From positions 5,600-69,599 of the forward strand of contig JAQUXP010000016.1 in the NCBI GenBank assembly GCA_028692395.1: a stretch of DNA of 64,000 bases, written 5' to 3'. Position 1 is the stretch's first letter, and each line of letters opens with the position of its first letter. The stretch comes from Lachnospiraceae bacterium. GTDB taxonomy: Bacteria; Bacillota; Clostridia; Lachnospirales; Lachnospiraceae. The notes beneath the pieces were generated by a model, which saw only the letters and a program-made list of their open reading frames with translations, was not told the origin of the DNA and made no database searches. Below are positions 1-9,241 of the stretch, piece after piece. Both the position numbers and the translations under genes were made by a program.

Positions 1-51
1 GGGATTCTTGTCCTGCTGATGCTGATTCCGATTTGTAAAGGTGTAAAATAA
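1..51 (+). CDS. C-terminal fragment of an upstream CDS (hydrophobic tail GILVLLMLIPICKGVK*), product unknown
   Basis: The frame is open from base 1 to TAA at 49-51. The peptide is hydrophobic. The fragment is too short to identify. Confidence 0.25.
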   Translation, partial: GILVLLMLIPICKGVK

Positions 52-346
52 CAATACAGGGATACTCACATCGTTTTATTGTTTTAAACCGGGATCCACT
101 CACGAACCACAAATCTGATTGGCATTTTCCGCCACTGTTTCCACCAGTTCACAAAAATTGTGTTTCTCCAGATCAGATAGATTGTCGGTTATAACTATGG
201 AGCAGGAAAATTTGACCGGATGAAGCGAAATACTATGATCTGACCTTTGATACCAGCAAAACCGGTATAGATGGAGCTGTTCAGTTAATAATTGACTATA
301 TAAATCTTATGTAGCAAAGAATTCAGTGAAAGCAATGGAGGACATC

Positions 347-1528
347 ATGTTAAGAGTAGAAGAAATAGCGGAAGAAAAAGCGATGGTCAAATTTCTTGAG
401 AGGTTCGACGAATATCCATTTTCCATAAAATGCAAGGATCATCAGTATCAGGTGGGGGAAGGGCAGCCGGCGTTTACCGTCAGATTAGAGAAAGCAATCC
501 CCATGGCTGAGCTTCTGAAAAGTACGTCATTAGCACTGGGAGAAGCATACATGTGTGGAGATCTGGACATTGAAGGAAATCTTTATGAGGCACTGAATCA
601 TTTCCTGGGACAGATGGGAAAATTTTCTACAGATCAGAATGCCTTGAAAAAGCTGATATTTCCTTCCTCTTCCAAAAAGAATCAAAAGCAGGAGGTAACC
701 AGTCACTACGATATCGGAAATGATTTCTACAGGCTGTGGCTGGATGAGACAATGAGCTACTCCTGCGGCTATTTCCGAAAGGAGGAAGATTCTCTTTATC
801 AGGCACAGTTAAATAAAATTGATCATACGCTGAAAAAGCTGTATCTCAAAGAGGGAATGTCGCTCCTTGATATCGGCTGTGGCTGGGGCTGTCTGCTGAT
901 TGAAGCGGCAAAGAAATATAAAATCCACGGAACAGGAATCACACTCAGTGAGGAACAGTATAAAGAATTCCAAAGGCGGATTGTGGAAGAAGGGCTGCAG
1001 GAGTATCTGACCGTTGAACGGATGGATTACAGGGATTTACCGGGATATGGACGGCAGTTTGACCGTATTGTGAGCATTGGAATGTTAGAACATGTTGGAA
1101 GTGAGAATTATGAACTCTATATGAAGTGTGCCAGTCAGGTTTTAAAATCGGGCGGAATCTTCCTGCTGCATTTTATCAGTGCGCTCAAGGAGCATCCCGG
1201 TGATCCCTGGATCAAGAAATACATCTTTCCAGGCGGGGTGGTGCCAAGTCTGCGGGAGATGATATCCTGTATGGGAGATTATGATTTTCATACACTGGAC
1301 ATTGAAAATCTGCGGCCCCATTACAATCGGACGCTCTTAAAATGGCTGGAAAATTTTGAGGAAAACCTGAAAGAAATCGGTAAAATGTTTGATGAACCCT
1401 TTCTTCGTATGTGGAGACTGTATCTGAGTGCTTGCGCAGCAACTTTTCACAATGGAATCATAGATATTCATCAGATTGTGATGACAAAAGGGATTAATAA
1501 TGATCTTCCGCCAGTTCGATGGTATTAA
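347..1528 (+). CDS. cfa: cyclopropane-fatty-acyl-phospholipid synthase family SAM-dependent methyltransferase
   Basis: The ORF 326..1528 carries the SAM-binding motif LLDIGCGWGCLLIEAAKKY and a CFA-synthase-like C-terminal region. I moved the start to ATG 347, which has GGAGGA 5 nt upstream. GTG 326 and ATG 335 remain possible. Confidence 0.85.
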   Translation: MLRVEEIAEEKAMVKFLERFDEYPFSIKCKDHQYQVGEGQPAFTVRLEKAIPMAELLKSTSLALGEAYMCGDLDIEGNLYEALNHFLGQMGKFSTDQNALKKLIFPSSSKKNQKQEVTSHYDIGNDFYRLWLDETMSYSCGYFRKEEDSLYQAQLNKIDHTLKKLYLKEGMSLLDIGCGWGCLLIEAAKKYKIHGTGITLSEEQYKEFQRRIVEEGLQEYLTVERMDYRDLPGYGRQFDRIVSIGMLEHVGSENYELYMKCASQVLKSGGIFLLHFISALKEHPGDPWIKKYIFPGGVVPSLREMISCMGDYDFHTLDIENLRPHYNRTLLKWLENFEENLKEIGKMFDEPFLRMWRLYLSACAATFHNGIIDIHQIVMTKGINNDLPPVRWY

Positions 1529-1674
1529 GCAGGAAGATTTTACCGTAAGTTTTTGGGAAAAGATCAACAACTTTGCAAAACAGGACGTTGAAACATCAGC
1601 CGTAGCGTGGTAAATTTATTACAGATGAGATGGAGATGGAAGATCCATCGCAAAAGGATAAAGGGAGGGCAGCT

Positions 1675-2487
1675 ATGAGTGTGATTAAAATTGAAGATCT
1701 TACCCGGGATTATGGTGAAAAAAAAGGTATTTTCCATGTGTCTTTTGAGGTGGAGCAGGGGGAGGTCTTTGGGTTCCTTGGCCCTAATGGTGCCGGTAAA
1801 ACAACCACAATACGGCATCTGATGGGATTTTTAAGAGCAAAATCCGGTCGATGCACGATTGATGGGCTGGACTGCTGGAAAGACAGTGACAGGATTCAGA
1901 AAAGGCTGGGATATATTCCGGGGGAAATCAGCTTCTTTGATGACATGACAGGCACAGAACTTCTGCAGTTTCTCGGAAAATATCGGAAGAGTCCTTCCGA
2001 CACCCGTAAAAATCATCTGATGGAATGCTTTGAACTGAATCCTCATGTAAAAATTAAGAAGATGAGTAAGGGCATGAAGCAGAAGCTTGGAATTGTTGCC
2101 GCATTTATGCATGATCCTGATATTTTGATTCTGGATGAGCCAACCAGCGGACTTGATCCATTGATGCAGAACCGCTTTATTGAACTGGTGGAGGAAGAGA
2201 AAAAAAGAGGGAAAACAATCCTGATGTCCAGTCATATGTTTGAGGAGGTGGAACGCACCTGCCAGCGGGTAGGTATGATTCGTGAGGGAAAAATAGTGGC
2301 TCTGGACTCGGTGGAAAAACTCAGGGAACAGTATGTACGTCCTTACACGGTTACCCTTGCTACACCGGAACTGGCGCAGGATTTTGCAAAGGACTTTGGC
2401 GGCGTCAGCAGCGGGCTGCGTGTTACTGTTACGACGAAGCAGAGTCTGGAGGATATTTTTATGCATTACTACGGAGGTGAAAAATGA
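1675..2487 (+). CDS. ABC transporter ATP-binding protein (ABC-2 type)
   Basis: Walker A GPNGAGKTTT, signature MSKGMKQKL and Walker B ILILDEPTSGLD are present. The start is ATG 1675, preceded by AAGGGAGGG. The stop overlaps the next gene (ATGA). Confidence 0.85.
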   Translation: MSVIKIEDLTRDYGEKKGIFHVSFEVEQGEVFGFLGPNGAGKTTTIRHLMGFLRAKSGRCTIDGLDCWKDSDRIQKRLGYIPGEISFFDDMTGTELLQFLGKYRKSPSDTRKNHLMECFELNPHVKIKKMSKGMKQKLGIVAAFMHDPDILILDEPTSGLDPLMQNRFIELVEEEKKRGKTILMSSHMFEEVERTCQRVGMIREGKIVALDSVEKLREQYVRPYTVTLATPELAQDFAKDFGGVSSGLRVTVTTKQSLEDIFMHYYGGEK

Positions 2488-3284
2488 TGAACTGGACCTT
2501 ATATAAGCATGAAATGAAAGGAAGCATCCGGCTGCTGGTGATCTTTCTGGCAGTTATCACACTATATGTTTCAGTTATCATCCGTATGTATGATCCCGAA
2601 TTGATAAAAACTCTGGACGGCTTCGTGGAGGCTATGCCGGAAATTATGGCAGCAGTCGGTATGAGTGCCGGCGCAGCAAGCCTGATGGGGTTTATGATTT
2701 CCTATCTTTACGGATTCATTCTGCTGGTGTTTCCCATGATTTTTTACATTCTCCGAGGGAATGGACTGATTGCAAAATATGTGGATAAAGGTTCTATGGT
2801 CTCACTGGTGGCAGCACCGGTAAAACGCCGCACGATTGCTTTCACACAGATGGCAGTGCTTTGCAGTGGTGGACTGATTCTTCTGATCTATGCCACTGGG
2901 CTGGAGCTTGTGGTTGCACAGAGCAGTTTTCCGGGAGAGCTTGTGGTGGGCGATCTTTTGAGAGTAAATGCTGGATTGCTATGTCTTCACCTGTTTATAG
3001 CTGCAATCTGCTTTCTTTCCTCCTGCCTTTTTTCCGATACGAAGTACAGTATTGCTTTTGGTGCAGGAATTCCGACACTCATGTACATACTGCAAATGCT
3101 GGCAAATGTCGGAGGCGCAGCAGAAAAAGCAAAATACTTTACGGTATTTACGCTGTTTGATCCCCAGGGAATCGTGGAAGGCACAGCCAGCTCCATCGCA
3201 GGCGCAGGAATCCTGCTTGGAGGAGCAGTTCTGCTTTTTCTGGCAGCTGTTCTTATCTTCCAAAAGAAAGATCTGTGGATCTAG
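2484..3284 (+). CDS. ABC-2 family transporter permease
   Basis: This polytopic hydrophobic protein is translationally coupled to the upstream ATPase. Confidence 0.7.
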   Translation: MMNWTLYKHEMKGSIRLLVIFLAVITLYVSVIIRMYDPELIKTLDGFVEAMPEIMAAVGMSAGAASLMGFMISYLYGFILLVFPMIFYILRGNGLIAKYVDKGSMVSLVAAPVKRRTIAFTQMAVLCSGGLILLIYATGLELVVAQSSFPGELVVGDLLRVNAGLLCLHLFIAAICFLSSCLFSDTKYSIAFGAGIPTLMYILQMLANVGGAAEKAKYFTVFTLFDPQGIVEGTASSIAGAGILLGGAVLLFLAAVLIFQKKDLWI

Positions 3285-3365
3285 TACAGCGTACCGCAAA
3301 TAACTGCCCAGAAAGAGCAGGATAGATTTTCGAGAGTAACAGTCAAAAAACGCAAGCGTAGCGGG

Positions 3366-3827
3366 TTACGTTGAGGCTTTCATAATATCCTGGCTGTCCA
3401 GCCAGATGGTAAAAGGTCCGTCATTGACCAGTGCAACCTTCATATCCGCACCAAATTGGCCGGTTGCGACTGGTCCGTATTCACGCTGACAAAGAGAGAT
3501 CATATATTCATAAAGTCTGTTTGCATGGTCCGGGGCACCAGCATTTATAAAGCTGGGCCTGTTGCCATGCTGACAATCTGCATAGAGGGTAAACTGAGAG
3601 ATCAGAAGAAGCTGACCATGCACATCCTTCAAGGAGAGATTGGTCTTTCCGTTCTCATCCTCAAAGATTCGAAGTCCCAGCAGCTTTCTTACCATTTTCT
3701 CTACGATGACAGTAGTGTCATCATTTTCTATTCCAATAAAAACCACAAATCCCTTTTTGATGGAGCCGGATACCGTCCCATCAATTGTAACAGAGCCTTC
3801 AGTTACTCGCTGAATCAGTAATCTCAT
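3366..3827 (-). CDS. dtd: D-aminoacyl-tRNA deacylase
   Basis: The N-terminus MRLLIQRV and the motifs SQFTL, RPSF and [11 protein letters not shown] are typical of Dtd, and the length is right. GGGAGA RBS. Confidence 0.9.
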   Translation of the reverse strand: MRLLIQRVTEGSVTIDGTVSGSIKKGFVVFIGIENDDTTVIVEKMVRKLLGLRIFEDENGKTNLSLKDVHGQLLLISQFTLYADCQHGNRPSFINAGAPDHANRLYEYMISLCQREYGPVATGQFGADMKVALVNDGPFTIWLDSQDIMKAST

Positions 3828-3860
3828 ATCATTTCTCCCGAATTTTTTTATATGAATGGC

Positions 3861-3882
3861 AGCAGGAATCTCCTGCTTTTTT
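3861..3882 (+). terminator. plus-strand rho-independent terminator-like hairpin (AGCAGGA-atc-TCCTGCT followed by a T run) upstream of, and antisense to, dtd
   Basis: A perfect 7-bp stem and 3-nt loop are followed by TTTTT on the plus strand only. Confidence 0.4.
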
Positions 3883-4107
3883 ATCCATCGTTTAACAAGT
3901 GAAAACAGTATGATCTATTCTATAACAGAAATAGCGTTTCCGCAATACATTTGCACAGGCAAATGCTGTACAATACTTTTCGGTAAATGTTGCGTAATCA
4001 CAGGGGTGTTGTTATACTGAGGGGTAGATGCCGCCAGCAAACCATATAGGTGGGCTTATGCGGCGCCGAAGATACGGAGAAAAGGACAGGATAGAAAGGA
4101 ACATAAT

Positions 4108-4899
4108 ATGGTAAAGATCGATATAGAAAGATGTGTTGGATGTGGGAAGTGCGCAGAGGATTGCATTGCACACAATATAGAGGTTACGGACAGGAAGGCA
4201 AGTATTAAAAAAGACTGTCTTCAGTGTGGACATTGCGTTGCAGTCTGTCCGGCGGGAGCGGTGTCGATACCGGAGTACGAGATGGAGGATGTGGAGGAAT
4301 ATGATGCAGCAGGCTTCAGCCTGGAACCGGAACAGGTACTTCACAGCATGAAGTTTCGACGAAGTATCCGAAACTATAAGCCGGAAAAGGTGAAAAAGAG
4401 TGACCTGGAGCTGCTGCTTCAGGCAGGAAGATATACAGCTACCGCAAAGAATAATCAGGACTGCTGTTTCATCTTTGTACAGGAGGAGCTGGAGCAGCTA
4501 CGATCCATCGTCTGGAAGTTTATCGATGACATGGAGAAAAAGGACGGCCATCACATCCAACGGGACCTGCTTCCTTATGTGGCCTTCAACCGGCGCAGGA
4601 AGGCGAATCCGCAGGATGACTATCTCTTTCGAAATGCTCCGGTGGTGCTTTTCATCACTTCAGACTGGCCGCTGGATGCAGGGCTGGCGGCTGCGAACAT
4701 AGAAACGATGGCGTGCTCTCTGGGTATGGGGGTATTGTATGATGGATATCTGGACAGAATTTCCGATGCCAATGTGGAACTGAAGCGATGGCTTGGTATC
4801 GAGGGAAAGAGCATTAAGGCCTGTATGCTTCTGGGATATCCAGCCATAAAGTATACCCGGACGGCACCAAGAAGAGCGGCAAATGTAATTTGGAGATAA
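4108..4899 (+). CDS. nitroreductase family protein with N-terminal 2x[4Fe-4S] ferredoxin domain
   Basis: Two cluster motifs, CVGCGKCAEDC and CLQCGHCVAVCP, are followed by a nitroreductase-like region (RRSIRNY). Confidence 0.8.
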   Translation: MVKIDIERCVGCGKCAEDCIAHNIEVTDRKASIKKDCLQCGHCVAVCPAGAVSIPEYEMEDVEEYDAAGFSLEPEQVLHSMKFRRSIRNYKPEKVKKSDLELLLQAGRYTATAKNNQDCCFIFVQEELEQLRSIVWKFIDDMEKKDGHHIQRDLLPYVAFNRRRKANPQDDYLFRNAPVVLFITSDWPLDAGLAAANIETMACSLGMGVLYDGYLDRISDANVELKRWLGIEGKSIKACMLLGYPAIKYTRTAPRRAANVIWR

Positions 4900-4927
4900 C
4901 GATTCAGGAAAGAACAGAGGAGAATGG

Positions 4928-6127
4928 ATGAGCACAATAGTAACATTAAAAAAAGGTGAAGGAAGAACAATAAAAGCGGGAGGAATGTGGATATTTGACA
5001 ACGAAATCGAAACTGTTGTGGGTAACTTTGAAAATGGCGACATTGTAATGATACATGATTTTGATGGTTATCCCATGGGAAAAGGTTTTATCAATGAGCA
5101 CTCCAAGATCCGTGTCAGAATGCTGACCAGGCAGGCTGACAGGGAGATTGATGCAGCATTTATCCGGGAGCGTGTGAAGGATGCCTGGGAGTACCGGAAA
5201 AAGGTGGTAGATACCTCCAGCTGCCGTCTGATCTTCGGCGAGGCGGATTTTCTTCCGGGACTGGTTGTGGATAAGTTTTCCGATGTACTGGTTGTGCAGT
5301 CACTGGCCCTTGGAATTGACCGGTTAAAAGAAGAGATCCTTCAGGATCTGAAGGAGATTCTCGCAGAGGATGGCATCTGTATCCGGGGAGTCTATGAGAG
5401 AAGCGATGCCAAGGTTCGCAGTCAGGAAGGGATGGAGCGCATAAAAGGCTTTATCGGACCGGAATTTGATACGAATGTGGAGATTGTGGAAAATGGTGTG
5501 AAGTACATCGTGGATGTAAAGGAGGGACAGAAAACCGGATTTTTCCTGGATCAGAAGTATAACCGGCAGTCCATCCAGAAGCTTTGCAGAGGGGCAAAAG
5601 TTCTGGACTGCTTTACACATACCGGCTCTTTTGCTCTGAATGCAGGCATCGCAGGAGCCGCAGAGGTTACCGGTGTGGACGCCTCACAGCTGGCCGTGGA
5701 TCAGGCCACGGAAAATGCTGCTTTAAATGGTCTTTCCGATACCGTGAAGTTTCAGTGCTGTGATGTGTTTGACCTTCTCCCAAGGCTGGAAGAACAGGGG
5801 GAAAAGTATGATCTGGTGATCCTGGATCCCCCTGCATTTACAAAATCCAGAAATTCCGTGAAGAATGCCACCAAAGGATACCGGGAGATTAATCTGAGGG
5901 GAATGAAGCTGGTGAAGGATGGTGGTTATCTGGCCACCTGTTCCTGTTCACACTTCATGTCCTATGAGCTGTTCACCAAGACGATTAATCAGGCGGCACA
6001 TCATGTACACAAACGTCTGCGCCAGGTGGAATTCAGAACCCAGGCACCGGATCACCCGATTCTGTGGGCGGCAGATGAGTCTTATTATCTGAAGTTTTAT
6101 ATCTTTCAGGTAGTGGATGAAAAATGA
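4928..6127 (+). CDS. class I SAM-dependent rRNA methyltransferase (RlmI/COG1092-like, PUA-like N-terminus)
   Basis: The motifs GFFLDQKYNR, VLDCFTHTGSFAL and DLVILDPPAF are present, and the 399-aa length is typical. Confidence 0.8.
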   Translation: MSTIVTLKKGEGRTIKAGGMWIFDNEIETVVGNFENGDIVMIHDFDGYPMGKGFINEHSKIRVRMLTRQADREIDAAFIRERVKDAWEYRKKVVDTSSCRLIFGEADFLPGLVVDKFSDVLVVQSLALGIDRLKEEILQDLKEILAEDGICIRGVYERSDAKVRSQEGMERIKGFIGPEFDTNVEIVENGVKYIVDVKEGQKTGFFLDQKYNRQSIQKLCRGAKVLDCFTHTGSFALNAGIAGAAEVTGVDASQLAVDQATENAALNGLSDTVKFQCCDVFDLLPRLEEQGEKYDLVILDPPAFTKSRNSVKNATKGYREINLRGMKLVKDGGYLATCSCSHFMSYELFTKTINQAAHHVHKRLRQVEFRTQAPDHPILWAADESYYLKFYIFQVVDEK

Positions 6128-6202
6128 TTTGCATCTAAAGTGGACTTTAGGATTAGAATATAAGCGAGTGTTAACAAAGAAAAGTTACATAAGGAGGTTT
6201 TT

Positions 6203-7318
6203 ATGAGCAGCAAAAAATTGGGATTTGGACTTATGCGTCTGCCGCTTCTGAATCAGGATGATCAGGGGTCGATTGATATGGAGCAGATGAAACAGATGGT
6301 GGATTATTTTCTGGAGCAGGGCTTTACCTACTTCGATACAGCCTGGATGTACTGCGCTTTCAAGAGTGAAACCGCAATCAGGGAGGCACTGGTGGAGCGT
6401 CATCCAAGGGACAGCTTTACGCTGACCACAAAGCTTCACGCATCATTTCTTAAGACAAAAGAGGACAGAGATCGCATCTTTGAGGAACAGCGCCAGAAAA
6501 CCGGAGTAGAATACTTTGATTATTATCTGCTGCATGATGTGAGAGAAGAGCATTACAAGATCTACACAGAGCTGGATTGTTTTCAGTGGCTGTCTGAGAA
6601 AAAGGCCCAGGGTCTGGTAAAACATATGGGATTTTCCTATCACGATGATGCAGAACTGCTGGATCGTGTACTGACAGAGCATCCCGAGATGGAGTTTGTA
6701 CAGCTGCAGCTGAATTATCTGGATTGGAACAGCAGTAGTGTACAGTCCGGAAAATGTTACGAGGTAGCGAAGAAGCATGGTGTTCCGGTGATCGTTATGG
6801 AGCCGGTGAAGGGTGGAACCCTTGCTAATGTACCGGAGACGGTGGAGCAGCTTTTCAAGAATGAGAAACCGGATATGTCGATTCCTTCCTGGGCAATCCG
6901 CTTTGCCGCAAGCCTGGACAATGTGATGATGGTACTTTCCGGCATGAGCAACATGGAACAGATGAAGGATAATACTGCATATATGAAGGAGTTCCAGCCA
7001 CTCTCAGAGAGAGAGCATGAGCTTGTGATGCAGGCAGCAGATATTATAGAGGGAAGGATTACGATTCCATGTACCGGATGCGCCTACTGCGTGGATGGAT
7101 GCCCGGGAAGTATTGCAATTCCCAAGTATTTTACTCTTTATAATACGAAAAAGCAGGATCAGGATTCCATGCTGGCAGATGAAGAGTATGCACGTCTGAC
7201 AGAAACCTTCGGCAAGGCAAGTGACTGTGTTGCCTGTGGACAGTGTGAAGAAGTCTGTCCGCAGCATCTGCCGATTGTGGAAAATTTGAAAAAGGTTGCC
7301 GCACAATTTGAGAAATAA
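6203..7318 (+). CDS. aldo/keto reductase with C-terminal 4Fe-4S dicluster domain
   Basis: The N-terminus is AKR-like (LGFGLMRLP, GFTYFDTAWMY). The C-terminus carries CTGCAYCVDGCP and CVACGQCEEVCP. Confidence 0.85.
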   Translation: MSSKKLGFGLMRLPLLNQDDQGSIDMEQMKQMVDYFLEQGFTYFDTAWMYCAFKSETAIREALVERHPRDSFTLTTKLHASFLKTKEDRDRIFEEQRQKTGVEYFDYYLLHDVREEHYKIYTELDCFQWLSEKKAQGLVKHMGFSYHDDAELLDRVLTEHPEMEFVQLQLNYLDWNSSSVQSGKCYEVAKKHGVPVIVMEPVKGGTLANVPETVEQLFKNEKPDMSIPSWAIRFAASLDNVMMVLSGMSNMEQMKDNTAYMKEFQPLSEREHELVMQAADIIEGRITIPCTGCAYCVDGCPGSIAIPKYFTLYNTKKQDQDSMLADEEYARLTETFGKASDCVACGQCEEVCPQHLPIVENLKKVAAQFEK

Positions 7319-7347
7319 GTGAAAGGTGCTGCAATTGAGGTGAAGAG

Positions 7348-8196
7348 ATGAGAAACACGCTATATTTGGAATGCTACACGGGAATCAGCGGCGATATGAC
7401 GGTTGCTGCGCTTCTTGATCTGGGTGCAGATCAGGCTTTGATGGAACAGGCGATAAAAAGCCTGCCATTACAGGGATTTGAAATCGCAGTCACACGGGTG
7501 AAAAAATCAGGAATTGATGCCTGCGATTTCGATGTGATCCTGGATCGGCAGCATGAAAACCATGATCACGACATGGAATATCTCCATGGACACAGCCATG
7601 ACCATACCCATGACCATGGTCATACCCATACCCATGATGAGGGCTGTGATCACAAACATCATTCCCATGTACAGCATGAGCATCGGGGACTAAAGGAAAT
7701 CAAAGAGATTATTCGGCAGGCAAAACTGACACCGGGGGCATGTGCCCTTGCCTGTAAAATCTTTGATATTCTTGCCCGGTCAGAGGCGAAAGCCCACTGT
7801 GTTCCCATAGATCAGGTGCATTTCCATGAGGTAGGTGCAGTGGATTCTATCGTGGATATTGTGGCAGCAGCAGTGTGCTTTGATAATCTTGGAATCTCGG
7901 AGGTAATTGTCCCAGGACTCTATGAGGGAAAGGGAACGGTTCGCTGTCAGCACGGCGTTCTGCCGATTCCGGTTCCGGCAGTTTCCAACATTTTGCAGGA
8001 GCATCATCTTCCGGTACACTTTATGGATACCCCGGGAGAGTTTATCACTCCGACAGGAGCCGCTATCGCAGCCGCAATACAGACTACAGACCACCTTCCG
8101 AAGCAATTTACCATAGAAAAGATTGGAATTGGCGCAGGAAAGAGAACCTATGACTGCCCCAGCATGCTCAGAGCAATGCTGATCAGCGAAGTGTGA
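7348..8196 (+). CDS. larC: LarC-family (DUF111) nickel-insertion protein, N-terminal (LarC1-like) portion only
   Basis: The protein has LYLECYTGISGDM, a His-rich nickel-binding tract, and HFHEVGAVDSIVDIV. It ends at LRAMLISEV*, where full-length LarC proteins continue into a C-terminal domain of about 120-140 aa. Confidence 0.8.
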   Translation: MRNTLYLECYTGISGDMTVAALLDLGADQALMEQAIKSLPLQGFEIAVTRVKKSGIDACDFDVILDRQHENHDHDMEYLHGHSHDHTHDHGHTHTHDEGCDHKHHSHVQHEHRGLKEIKEIIRQAKLTPGACALACKIFDILARSEAKAHCVPIDQVHFHEVGAVDSIVDIVAAAVCFDNLGISEVIVPGLYEGKGTVRCQHGVLPIPVPAVSNILQEHHLPVHFMDTPGEFITPTGAAIAAAIQTTDHLPKQFTIEKIGIGAGKRTYDCPSMLRAMLISEV

Positions 8197-8235
8197 AAAT
8201 CAGAGCAATTTAGAGATTATTGAAAAACGGACGCA

Positions 8236-8486
8236 GAAAAAGGCTGTCGCACGATGCCGTCCCAGGACAGGAGACTGCTGCCAGACACTGTTTCGGAATC
8301 CAAGAGTATACAAAAAAGAATAGATTTTGCTAAACACGTAAGTATGCAGCACAAACTCGTTTCACTCAAACAGTGTGCTGCATACTTACAACGCAAATTC
8401 TATTCTTTTTGTATACTTAGGATTCCTGCAAATGTGTCTGGCCGCAGTCTCCTGTCCTGGGACGGCATCGTGCGACAGCCTTTTTC
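8236..8486 (+). repeat. long-hairpin repeat family, copy 1 (complete, forward orientation, subfamily A)
   Basis: This 251-bp imperfect palindrome is centred near 8361. Its arms 8236-8288 and 8434-8486 are complementary with one mismatch. It has the conserved junction motifs and apical loop, flanked by an A run and a T run. Confidence 0.9.
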
Positions 8487-8525
8487 GCTGAAATATTTAA
8501 AAATTCCGTGGTGTCTGGGACAAGG

Positions 8526-9104
8526 TTATGCTTCCTCGGAGTCTTCAGGGGTTTCCATGACGCCTTTTTGGTGTTCAGATACATGGAGGATGATGGCATC
8601 CGCCGGGGTTACCAGTTCGATATCTTTGTCTTTGGCGATGGCAAGATCGCTGACGAGATAGCTGGTATTAACCGGGATTTTGGATACATCAATCTCAATT
8701 TTTTCTACCAGTGCGGAAGGAAATGCCTTGTAGGTTACTTCCATCAGACTGTGTGTCAAAAATCCTCGTGCTTCCTCTGTGCCCAGAAGGACAATCGGGA
8801 CGGTAGTAGTTACTTTTTCGTCTGCTACAAGAAGCTGAAAGTCGATATTATCATACTGATGCTTCATTGGTTCGTAGGAAACATTCTTTATCAGTACATT
8901 GTACTTTTTGTCACCGAGGTCGATGATTAACTGGCTACCTTCTGTATGCTCTTTCAGAAAACGTCCTGCACTTACTCCGTCCAGCTGGATAGAGATCGCT
9001 TCCGGAAGATCCTTACCTGAAATATTGCCAGTGATTTTGCCCTGACGTCTCAGTGCTTTTGCTTTGGTTTTCATGTCTCTTTTTTCTGCGTTTAATGTTA
9101 TCAT
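8526..9104 (-). CDS. rplY: 50S ribosomal protein L25 / general stress protein Ctc
   Basis: The N-terminus (LNAEKR...KALRRQGKI) is typical of L25/Ctc, and the protein has an acidic C-terminal tail. Confidence 0.85.
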   Translation of the reverse strand: MITLNAEKRDMKTKAKALRRQGKITGNISGKDLPEAISIQLDGVSAGRFLKEHTEGSQLIIDLGDKKYNVLIKNVSYEPMKHQYDNIDFQLLVADEKVTTTVPIVLLGTEEARGFLTHSLMEVTYKAFPSALVEKIEIDVSKIPVNTSYLVSDLAIAKDKDIELVTPADAIILHVSEHQKGVMETPEDSEEA

Positions 9105-9241
9105 AATGATTTGCCTCTTTTCCGTGCATGTTACTACAGTGTCATGTTCTTAAATTGTTGCACGCCTGTTGGCTAAAAAGTAGACAGGTTCTGTAACACA
9201 ATCATTATACCACTTTCTGTCAAGTTTGTGAAATCTGAGGG

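Noticed and set aside
52-325. A possible gene remnant or small ORF in the 274-bp gap before cfa.
   Set aside because: Only very short open frames are present, such as an 8-codon ATG ORF and a 24-codon minus-strand tail. None has an RBS or recognisable similarity.
7555-7690. The His/Asp-rich tract in larC as a possible repeat expansion or sequencing artefact.
   Set aside because: His-rich nickel-binding inserts at this position are a known feature of LarC-family proteins. The tract is in frame and is not a simple nucleotide repeat.
8236-8486. The hairpin elements as classical MITEs or as integron attC sites.
   Set aside because: Neither is accepted as a call. The termini are not conserved between subfamilies and I saw no target-site duplications, which argues against MITEs. 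There is no integron integrase and no R-prime GTTRRRY core, the elements are longer than attC sites, and the flanking genes are ordinary operons. The attC comparison is kept only as an analogy in the findings.
8254-8661. The 135-aa plus-strand ORF that runs through hairpin copy 1. Similar ORFs run through copy 2 (16070..16456) and appear at 19200..19436, 32570..32806, 32785..33009 and 53753..53971.
   Set aside because: These ORFs exist only because the palindromes happen to lack stops. The peptide similarity (..DTVSESKSI..LRIPANVS..) simply mirrors nucleotide conservation. The frame is broken by a TAA in copy 5, the ATG is not conserved, and no RBS is present.
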